A stretch of DNA of 64,000 nt, from the NCBI GenBank assembly GCA_964035545.1, contig OZ037770.1:11738463-11802462 (forward strand), written 5' to 3'. This stretch comes from Bugula neritina (Eukaryota > Animalia > Bryozoa). Position 1 is the first letter of the stretch. The number at the start of each line of letters is the position of its first letter. The position numbers and the translations under genes were made by a program. This document shows, in pieces, positions 1 through 64,000 of the stretch. The notes below the pieces were generated by a model, which ran no database searches, had not been told where the DNA came from, and worked only from the letters and a program-made list of their open reading frames with translations.

Positions 1-421
1 ATATTTTTGCTAAAATTTCAAGTGATTATTAATGCCTCGCAATAGTTCAAACTCTATTTAATAACTTTCTAGCTTGAACATTGATAAATGTAACACCAGC
101 TAGTCTCAATGTAAACAGGAATATGGCAGATTGCTTGAAAGAAAAGATTTGCTAAGTGAATGAATTATATATTAAAAAAGATTTTGTATTTGTTGCTATT
201 CAAGCAACTACTTGTAATTTAAACTGAGAACTTTCAAGCTTTCTTTAAAAAACAATGACGAATCTTGTGACTTTTACTACGTACTCTGTTAGTATTTTAG
301 GAGTTTGCTAACATTATGTAGGCTATCATGCTATAACTCAAAGCTTATGAGCAATATTTTAAACAGCTATAACGTGGTTAAATTAATAATCAGATCTTAT
401 AAATATAAACTAGTTACTTAC

Positions 422-26987
<26,566 letters not shown>

Positions 26988-28374
26988 TACGTTATAGATT
27001 ATCCAATCAATACTTAGAAAGTAGATGTTTCAATATCAGCTACAAAAAATGTTTATGCTATTGTAAAAATAAAGGAAGATATTTTTTGCATTCTTACAGC
27101 TGTAAAGGAGACAAAGTTTCATACTTTGCTTTGAATATCTATATGCATGTCATTATCATTAAGCTTTTGTCAAAGTCATTTTGAGTTTAGCCAGTTATAT
27201 ATCATATAATGTATACAAAATAATATGCTTTACGAGATTATTTGAATTACAATTGATTGGTAAAATTAGCAATTTTAGTCTGCAATTTAAAGAAGTGTGC
27301 CAAAAATACTTAATACTGCCATAATTTTATTTCAAAAACAATTAAAAGTCGAAATTACTGACAGCTAATAAAGCACCTACTTTGGCAGTTATTTTATGCT
27401 GTCATACAAACAATGCAATTAGCCTATTAACAATCTTAAGGTATCAGTCAGGGGCATTGCATAAGGTAAAAGACAATGTGATATAATCAATATGTATTCT
27501 CTAATTATAATAAACATGATGACAAGAACGTGCACGCTGTGCATGATGAGATAAATAAATGTAACATTTTCTACTTAGTTTAGCTGAAATGAACAATGAT
27601 AAGTTGACTAATCTTTATGAAAGAATCGTGAGCCTGCTTGGTTAGATAAACTCTATAGTTACATTATGCCAGCTGGAATTGATATTACAGCTTATTATAA
27701 ATATTTGATAAGCTTCTTTGTCTAAATGCAAAGTAATATTATGAAAGTATTCAAATTTTAACTTAAATTTGTTTCCAAATATTAAGGTAATGGAATATTC
27801 GTATACCAACATTTTTCAAAATCAGCAAATAGTATTGGAAAGAATTGATGTGATACTGTATGTAATAGCTGTTGTGGTAGACACAGTTTGTTGTGTTAAC
27901 TGTAATCATTAAAAGTGATAGTCAAATGAATGATATTAAATGTTTTACATCTTATTATAAATATTCTAGAACAAACTAATATCTCTAAATGTATAATTTT
28001 GTAAACAAAAATTATAGCTTTGTTGGTAATTATAAATGCTTCAATGCCCATGTAGAATTTCATATAAGTTCATATAATATCTATTTAATGTTAGTATATC
28101 TGCTAGCAATTACAAATATACTTTCTAAAGAATATCAAACCAATACTGTTTTGTTTATAGCTATAGTAAAGTTTGTAAAGACTTCATCTTACTGAATGCT
28201 GGATGCTGCTTTATAAGAAAGTAGAGTACGTGTTATTTCACTGTAGTTATTGTTAAGTGTAACAACACAAGGCACACATGCTTACAAAGAGGTTAAGAAA
28301 CTCACATGTTTCAAGCCCTAATATACTTAAAAGGTATGATGTAGACTTTAAAGTAAGCTGAGGGTAGTGACAGA

Positions 28375-28482
28375 GGAAATTATATGACAGGATGCTCTTC
28401 ATAGCATATCCAATGTTGCTGTCGGAATTCAAACTTATAAGTTTGATTACACTAAGTCAATGCTTTAACCACTATAGACCAT
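28375..28482 (-). mobile_element. Degenerate SINE (family of 33281-33403)
   Basis: tatgacaggatgctctt..ggaattcaaac..actaagtcaatgctttaaccacta aligns with the 33281 element. Confidence 0.5.
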
Positions 28483-29373
28483 ATCACCGTTCTCTCAGTT
28501 AACTACAATGTAAAGACACAGTATTATATGAAGTGAAAAGTATCAGGTGATGGAAAACATAAAAGTTTGCTAATTACCTAGTAAGTAGCAGGTTGGAAAT
28601 GAAATTCAGTTTCCTCTGTAATTTATATTGAAAAAAATTCAAAATATAAAACTGAAAATTAACAAAAATTTTGAAATATAAATCAACAGCTGATTTAAAA
28701 ACATGGCTTCTATATTGCTGGTAAATAGTGTTACAATAAAGCAACTAATATGTTAGCAAATAATTTAATTTCGATGCCAATAGTATATCAAGTATTATGC
28801 AGAAGCCAATCTAAACTGTTCTGATTCACCACTAGGTACTAAAATATTCAAAAAAATTTTACAAAAAGAAGTATTGCTTACTTTTAAAATTGGACGTTGT
28901 TTGAATGAAAAACTAAACTCTTTATTGAATAGAAAAAAAAACTGTAACACCTTTACGTAATAAATGGGGTCTTTAAGACTTGGCTGTGAAATTTTATTGC
29001 ATTAAATCTAAGAATTTATTGCGTGTGTTTTAAAGAGAAATGTTTTTTAACAAGCTTTATAATTAGCTTCCACGGTTAGTTAGTTTATTTACAACTTTAT
29101 CGTAATTTTATACAAGAAAGCCATTCTAAATATTACAGTAGTCAAAGTCCAAAAAAATAGTAAAGAAACCTTAAAAACTTATTTTAGTGTCTAAAGTGTC
29201 ACAGGCTCTTTTATCTCACAAATTAAGTGCCAGAAAAAGAAAATAAAGTGCACATATATGTAATCGAGCTTTTATTTTTACTTATTATTTCATGCTGCAG
29301 TTGTAACCAAAAAACCATGATGATTTTAAATTAAAAATATTTTCAGTCTTGAAAGTGAAGCATAATTGCTACA

Positions 29374-30050
29374 GCTTATAGTGTAAAAAGAGATGGTAAA
29401 TGAATTAAAGTTGTATTTTGTTTAGCAACTCACTTATAACATACCTTGCATAAGAAGGATTACCAACATGAAACTGACAATGAGCTTGGAGACTGGCATC
29501 ATCACATTATAGATTATCCAATCAATACTTCATTGTTTAGAAAATAGATATTTCAATAGTAAACAGCTACAAAAAATGTTTAAGCTACCGTAAAACTAAA
29601 TGAAAATATTTTATGCCGCTTATAGCTGTAAAGGAGACAAAGTTTCATACTTTGCTTTGAATATCTATATGCATGTCATTATCATTAAGCTTTTGTCAAA
29701 GTGATTTTGAGTTTAGCCGGTTGTATATCATATAATGTATACAAAATAATATGCTTTACGACATTATTTGAATAACAATTGATTGGTAAATTAGCAATTT
29801 TAGTCTGCAATTTAAGGAAGTGTACCAAAAATACTTAATACTGCCATAAGTTTATTTCAAAAACAATTAAAAGTCGAAATTACTGACAGCTAATAAAGCA
29901 CCTACTTTGGCAGTTATTTTATGCTGTCATACAAACAATGCAATCAGCCTATTAACAATCTTAAGGAGTCAGTCAAAGGCATTGCGTAAGGCAAAAGACA
30001 ATGTAATATAATCAATATGTATTCTCTAATTACAACAAACATGACGACAA
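29374..30050. repeat. Local duplication unit 2 (signal exon plus upstream region)
   Basis: Aligns with 26860-27525; ends at an (ATTATA)-type low-complexity run 30051-30105. Confidence 0.92.
29445..29502 (-). CDS. Second signal-peptide exon (MMPVSKLIVSFMLVILLMQG), candidate alternative first exon
   Basis: Paralogue of 26930-26987 with intact frame and the same phase-1 gtatgt donor. Confidence 0.6.
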
Positions 30051-30255
30051 ATTATTATAATTATAATATAATTATAATTATATTATAATTATATTAATTA
30101 TATAATGAAGTAATTTATCACAAAACCTATGCTGCATCAGAATACATATAACATTTTTATACTTACCTGAAGTATTAAAAGGGCCACTAAAAAGGGGCTA
30201 AGGGCCACAAGTGGCCCGGGATCTCCAGTTGCACACTCCAGACTATATTCTATAC

Positions 30256-30535
30256 CAGCGGTTTCAAACATTTTTAGAGCAAGGGCCACTACAATGGAAT
30301 ATTTTGGTGGTGAGGGCCACATTGTAAACTTTAGCTTGAGGTCACAGCATCAGCATTTTTAAATGACTTTATTCCAAATTTTTCATTAATCATCACACAA
30401 AGAAATCCAAATAATTACAGCAGGTTGCGTGTTTTTATAATGCATTTTAATAAGGTCTTTTCCACTTTTATTCGTGAGCATATATTTTATGTAAAATAAT
30501 TTTAATGCCTTTGCGGGCCACAAAAGTGTAGGCCC
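30256..30535. mobile_element. Possible non-autonomous hAT-like DNA transposon remnant
   Basis: Starts CAGCGGTTTCAAAC with repeated GGGCCAC/GCGGGCCAC subterminal-like motifs; no clear second TIR or TSD found. Confidence 0.35.
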
Positions 30536-31039
30536 TGCTTTAAGCTGTCAAAGCAATGCCACTTACTTTTTCTTGCCTTTGCTGTTAAACTTTCTTCACT
30601 GTCATCACTATGTCCTATACAATTGTCAACCACAATACATAATATTACAGTACACATCCAGCTTAAATGAAGTGAACACTAAACTAAATCAATAGAAATA
30701 CGAGAGTTACCCAATTCTTTGGAAATAGCAAAAAACTTTGATGTGTATTTATCAAATTAGAATAAAAAATTCTCAATATGAATACAAACACCTTCAACAG
30801 TCTGTTCTACACTTTCTTTAATATAAGCTTGCCCTGACATCTTGGTGAATTTGAAATCTCTGCAGCTATAAAATAAATTTTAAAAGCAGGATATTTAAAA
30901 TTGTGATTTTTTTAATAGCTCGTGTGAGACAAAAATATCCTATGGTGTGGGAAATAGATAACAGCTTTAACGTAGGGATAGCTTTTATATCTTTGTTTTG
31001 AATTCGAGATAAAGATGTGGATTTAGAAATCTAAGAACA

Positions 31040-31340
31040 ATGAAAGCATAAAGCAAGAAGCGAATATCCTGAATGTGTTAAAAATGATGAGAAGAAGGTT
31101 GCAGTGGTTTGGACATATATTATGCAGAAAAAAAAAGTATGATCTCAAAAGAGTGCATGAGATTAAAGTTAAAGGAACGAGAAACCCAGGAAGCCCAAAA
31201 CATAAATGGCATGATATACTATCGATCAGGAAAGACCCCCAATCTTGTTCCCTCAAGGAAGAGAACGCTTAGGACAGGGTTAGGTAGAGATGCCTAATAG
31301 AACTAGGACAAATCGCAGACAGGTGAGAATAGGTGAGAAT
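31040..31340 (+). mobile_element. 5'-truncated RTE-clade LINE 3' end
   Basis: RRRLQWFGHIL..IKVKGTRNPGSPKHKWHD..L.EENA*DR matches the RTE ORF C-terminus (RLRWFGHV..G.R.RGRP..W.D..DR..WR); followed by an AGGTGAGAAT x2 tail. Confidence 0.8.
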
Positions 31341-32524
31341 TATGACTTGAAATATATTCAATGTTTAAATAAAACCTTTAAATAACCCCTATAATTAGAA
31401 TTTGCTTTCCTTTTTACACTACTGTCTTCTGATGTCCACATCAAATGTCACCACCAGTTAAAAACAGAACCGGTATTTATGGTTTTAAAATTATGATAGC
31501 AAAGCTCATACAGGTAACAATAATTTGATGAAATTCATCAAAGGTGATGCAATTAGTCACAGTAAATATATAAATTTAGGTGCTATCCAAGTATTTTATA
31601 TATGTTGTATATTATGTTATATACATTGCAGAAAAGTTTAACCAAAGTTCCACAAGTGAATTCTCTATAAATTAAATCTTACTTCTGTATTTCACAAGCT
31701 ATGCTGCACTAAAGTGAAGCTCTGCCAGCCCATGGAGGTGTGTCCTTGCCAGTGCTAAAACTTGTTTCAATATCTTGGAGATTTCTAGTAGAGTGACTGC
31801 TTGCTGTAACTGTTTGGTGTGGTTGCGAGTTACTGTGTTTGTTACATCATGGTATGCGATTGCAGTATATTTACAATGTTGTCTAGTGACACATGCAGCA
31901 ACGCAAAGTTAATCATGAAATATGAAAATTATAAAATATTCCCATATATTGGATAGACGAATGGTTCCGGTGATACCAATTTTAAAACAAATAAGTATGA
32001 TCGGACAAATAATGTAAAATATTATCAACTACCAGAATAAACAAATGTGCGGTTGGACAGAAGGCTTTGGATTTCATTACAAAACTTTGGACTCTGCAGC
32101 ATTGATTGATTGCCTGACAGACAAAAAATCAAGTAGTATCTACGGCAAATTTTTAATTCAAAGCCAAACAAGGTGCATAGCTTAATACATGAAATGACCA
32201 ATAAATGAAGTAATATACATACATATATATAATCATATTGTGAAATAATACTATAAATATACAAACATCACAGCATTAGGAGTGCTATTACTATAATTAG
32301 TTGTAGCTGTTGAACACCCAGATTATTGTAGAAGTATATGTGGGCCAGCGATGTTGCAGTACACCCAGCAATAAAGACATCAAAAATAGTGATCACTATA
32401 ATAGTAAAAACTACTATTATAACACTTCTAATAATTTCACTATGCCATATTTTTATCTGCGAAGACTACACGATGAAAAACGGTATATAGAGTCTCGCAC
32501 TAAAACAGCTAAACCATACTACAC

Positions 32525-32855
32525 ATTGAAAGACTGATTTGAAAGAATTATGATTTTTATACGTTGGAGTTGCCTGTTCTTCATTTCCAGTTCAGTATTT
32601 AATTGATATACCTCAGCATATTGTAGTAACTTTGCGGGTTGAATGAAACTTAAATGCTGAACATATCTCTTTGTAAGATTCCGGAGTTATATTTTTTTAC
32701 CATTTTATCGTGTTGTAACAATGTTGATACTGGAAATTCAATCCACAAGGTTACTACAATATGCTGAGGTATATCAATTAAATAACGAAATGGAAATGAA
32801 GAACAGGCAACTCCAAAGTATAAAAATCATAATTCTTTCAAATCAGTTTTTCAAT
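32525..32855. repeat. Long inverted repeat (about 120-bp arms, about 90-bp spacer), MITE/foldback-like
   Basis: 32525-32644 is the near-perfect reverse complement of 32736-32855 (e.g. actgatttgaaagaattatgatttttatac / gtataaaaatcataattctttcaaatcagt). Confidence 0.93.
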
Positions 32856-33280
32856 TGCACTCATTTATTTATTGTTATTATTTATTTACTTATTTATTTA
32901 TTAGTTAGTTGTTTGTTTACAAGTTACCATGTCATTGTAGATATAGCAACTAAATATACAAAAAAATTCATTTTGTGCTTCATATTAACCTATACTAGCA
33001 AAGTCCCATAATGCTTTGCAAATCTATAGATGCTAATATTACTATCAAAATTCATGTGCAAAAAGTTTGATCCGTAAATTACAGATGTCTTTGTTTTTAA
33101 ATATTTTAACTTTAAAAATGCAATAAGCTTTAATTTAGTTAATTAAAGCAAATTGATTATTAAAATCGAACTATTTATTTACTTTGCCCACAAATTAAGA
33201 AAAAGCTAGATTTCCTGCTCATATAAAAAATTCATTGGAAGGATTATTTTTAAAGCATGGCTAAGGCTTTGATTATATAC

Positions 33281-33403
33281 GTGGCAAAGGAACAATTATG
33301 ACTGGATGCTTTTCTTAGTATTACTAAGGACTTTTACCGGGAATTGAACCCATGACTTCGTGTTTACTAAGCCAAGCACTCTAACCCCTAGGCTACTGCT
33401 GCC
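33281..33403 (-). mobile_element. tRNA-derived SINE
   Basis: Minus strand ggcagcagTAGCCTAGGGGTTAgagtgc...gGGTTCAATTCCCggt (A and B boxes) then aaaagcatccagtcataattgttcctttgccac; related copies elsewhere in the window. Confidence 0.65.
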
Positions 33404-35217
33404 TCTTTATATGTAAGCACATATGGCATATTCTAATTAACAATTGTGTGAAGCTAAAATACTTGTTCTATTGTCTTAGCTATCTTTTTAGGTTTGTCTG
33501 GTAACAGTTTTCCGTTCAACTGACAATGTCTATTTTATAAAGTTAAAGGCAAAGTTTGATTATTATCAAATCTTATGTTTTATTAAAAAGTATGAGGAAA
33601 AAAAGAATCTTCTTGGTTTATAAAGATGATATGCCGATTGGAATAATTATTGCATAAAGACATTTTTTTAAAAAGACATGATAATACGGAAGAAGAGTTG
33701 CAAAAATATATATTATCACAATAAAAACCTATTCATGAATAAAAATGTATATTTTATTTGAGGTTTTAAACTTGTACTGCAAATCCAATGTAATTTGAAA
33801 TCAATTTTTCTCTCGTTGCATTATCATTCATATTTTAATTTGGTATGAAAAGATTTCTAATTATTGAATAGTAAAATGCAAGATTAGCTTTTGAAAATGA
33901 GCATATATGTAATAAAAATATGGGATAAAATGTTTTGAGGATACATTATAGCAAGTCTAAATTATTCTTGTCACTTTCAAATTTATCTTCGGTACATTCA
34001 GAGTCATCTTTTTTTTCATCTTCATTATTTTTCTGCAAAAATAAAAAAAAACTTTTTTAGCAACTTTATATGCATTTATTGCAGTAAACATTGAATAAAA
34101 GCAAAAATTAAGTGAATTTTCTAGCTTATGGGTAGATTCCAATCCGAGTATAATTGAATAAATATTTTGTTTATTTATTTTTAATTTATAAGTATGAAAA
34201 CTATAGTCCATTGCAGCATTTCCTAACTATTTTTGAAATTAGTGCTTGATAGGATGTTCAAAATCTATCTCATAACAAAAAATACATATTAGAATACATG
34301 TTGGGAATAATTTATAGATTAAATTACAACTGCAAGAAAAAATATATCTGTTCAATAGACAGTTGAACTCACAGAAAAAAAACCATAAACTATGAGCATT
34401 AAACTTGAAAGAATTGACAAAATACAATTAAAACAACATTGGAATAAGTGAAAAGTGTTATGCAAGCAGAAAGCAGACTTTATACATAAACATTTCCACA
34501 TTTACTATAGACGATTGGGAAAGTTGCGTACCAGTAATATATACAGCAGTATTCAATATACTAGTTATTGGTAAAAACAAATTAGTATATTTTACCTTGG
34601 TACAGCTGCTTCATCTATAAATTGATTGAAATGATAATCAAGCTAAATTGGTACATAATCAGTTTTAAGTCAAGCAATTAAAATATTTTCAGTCATGCAA
34701 GGCATTGGCAACGGATTATTTAAAACAGAAATTTTTTAGTCGGTGAAATGATCATTGAATAATTTTAATTTCTACATAGTGTTAGTTTTAAAAGTGATTT
34801 CTTTTACTATTTCAAGTAAGAAAAGTACTATGAAAACAGTTTCAAATATTTTAGAAAAACCAGCACTTTTTGGTGACCAGTCAATATTCCTTGTAGGCTC
34901 ATTAGTCAGAAGGTTTATGGGTCTAAATGAGATGATTAATAATGAAATGGAACTGCTATTATTTTTAATGTTTAGGCCTATATCTATTTTACCAAATCTC
35001 TAACCTCAAAACCCCACAAATGGTTTGCCATATGTGGCTACGATTGAGTTAAAGTTTAGGTCATGTTTATGTCTATTCAACCCATAATTCAAAAAAATTC
35101 AAGCTTATGATAATTGTTTCACCAGCTTGAATCAAAGGAGTGATAGTATAAATATTACATGCAGTCAATTCTTTCACTACCACCTCTGTCATGCTGTTTG
35201 CCAATATAGTACATAGC

Positions 35218-62832
<27,615 letters not shown>

Positions 62833-63108
62833 CTGCATAGAAATATTCTTAGCTATTAAACTTGAACACATTATTTTTCTAGTTTACAACAGCTATACAT
62901 AGAAGCAGGTAAAATACTGTCTTTCTACATTATGCATGCCAGTAAAAATATTAGTATAAAATAATTTTTTTCAGATTTATATTAACTTAGAGTTAAAACC
63001 CATTTTTTCACATAAAACTATTTTGCAAATTCTATCAAAATTCACTTTAGAACCACTTCGTTAAGGGTAAGTATTGTGCTTTGTGTTCATGATCACATAT
63101 TTTTGCAA

Positions 63109-63113
<5 letters not shown>

Positions 63114-63204
<91 letters not shown>
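63114..63204. repeat. (TA)n microsatellite
   Basis: Direct reading of sequence. Confidence 0.97.
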
Positions 63205-63207
<3 letters not shown>

Positions 63208-64000
63208 ATAATATATATCAGTATATACAGTTGTATATACTGATATATATATACAACTGTATATATTAGCAGCATAACTTTTAAAAAAGGGCATATGCAA
63301 GTTATCAAACTATGACTAGGCTAAAATTAAAGTACATTTGAAACAATATTCTTTCACAATTTTGCTAAAAGTTATCCCTAGTTTACCAGACATTAAGCTT
63401 TGATTTCTAAATCTGTTTCGTAAAACAAGGTTTAAAATTAACAATACTACAAAATTAATTTTCTATGAAATACAACTATAATTATACATTGCTAATATTA
63501 TATTATAAACGGCTGATCTGAATAATAAAATAAAAACAGCTGAAAGTCTATATATTTGAATTTAAAAAAAGCAGCTGGCAAAAGTACGAAATAAAACATT
63601 TTGCAGATCATAAATCATGAATCTCAAACAGAAATTACTTTTTCATAAAAAAAGTCATATTCAAAATTATATAAAAGTAGAATAAAATAAAAGGGTCTTG
63701 CAATGTAAAAATTGTAAGATTTTGCACTTATTTAGTTGTAAATATGATAAAAAAGGGTTTGGGTGCAAAGCTGGTAATATTAGTTGCTTGAACTTTTTCA
63801 AAATAATAAGTCAGTGACAATTGATTGCATTTCAAAGCCCACACAGAAACAGCAGTATTCAAAAGTGGATCTCAAGTTTGGTTAAGAAAAATTGTTTAAG
63901 TGCTTGAGCAAATAGTGCTTGTCTCAAATTGAGTTTTTATGAATACAATATTTGATTGCAGCAGCATTAAATGCAATTTTTTTATCTTTTGTGAGAAATT

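Noticed and set aside
28578-28615. Candidate exon after the distal signal exon
   Set aside because: Phase-1 reading ends in TAG after 12 codons; no paralogous support.
30137-30322. Hydrophobic ORF ending at a gtaagt donor as a third signal exon
   Set aside because: Overlaps the GGGCCAC-rich transposon-like remnant and has no suitable nearby ATG.

Overview
AT-rich, intron-dense animal (invertebrate-like) genomic DNA; no species call is made. The window holds two head-to-tail, minus-strand copies (offset about 42 kb) of a large polycystin-1-family (PKD1-like, 11-TM) gene. I reconstructed exons by hand from splice sites and phase compatibility. Copy B (62832 down to about 35218, 5' end outside the window) gives 44 phase-compatible exons, about 2390 codons. 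Its architecture: two tandem divergent C-type-lectin-like domains (CTLD), a 36-aa Cys repeat, a short Thr stalk, a third CTLD, GAIN/GPS, TM1, PLAT, TM2-5, TOP and TRPP-type channel domain, then a cytoplasmic tail with a ZU5-like domain. Copy A (about 26987 down to 422, 3' end outside the window) is nearly identical from GAIN onward but has a remodelled ectodomain: duplicated signal-peptide exon and upstream region, frameshifted giant mucin exon, one mosaic CTLD, decayed Cys-repeat exon, and a 20 x 30-bp Thr minisatellite. Both copies have a Cys-less GPS lacking the HL/T motif, next to an RKKR furin-type site. Introns and the spacer carry a solo LTR with TSD, LINE and SINE remnants, a 120-bp-arm inverted repeat, and micro/minisatellites. 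Domain calls are motif-based by eye; no searches were run.
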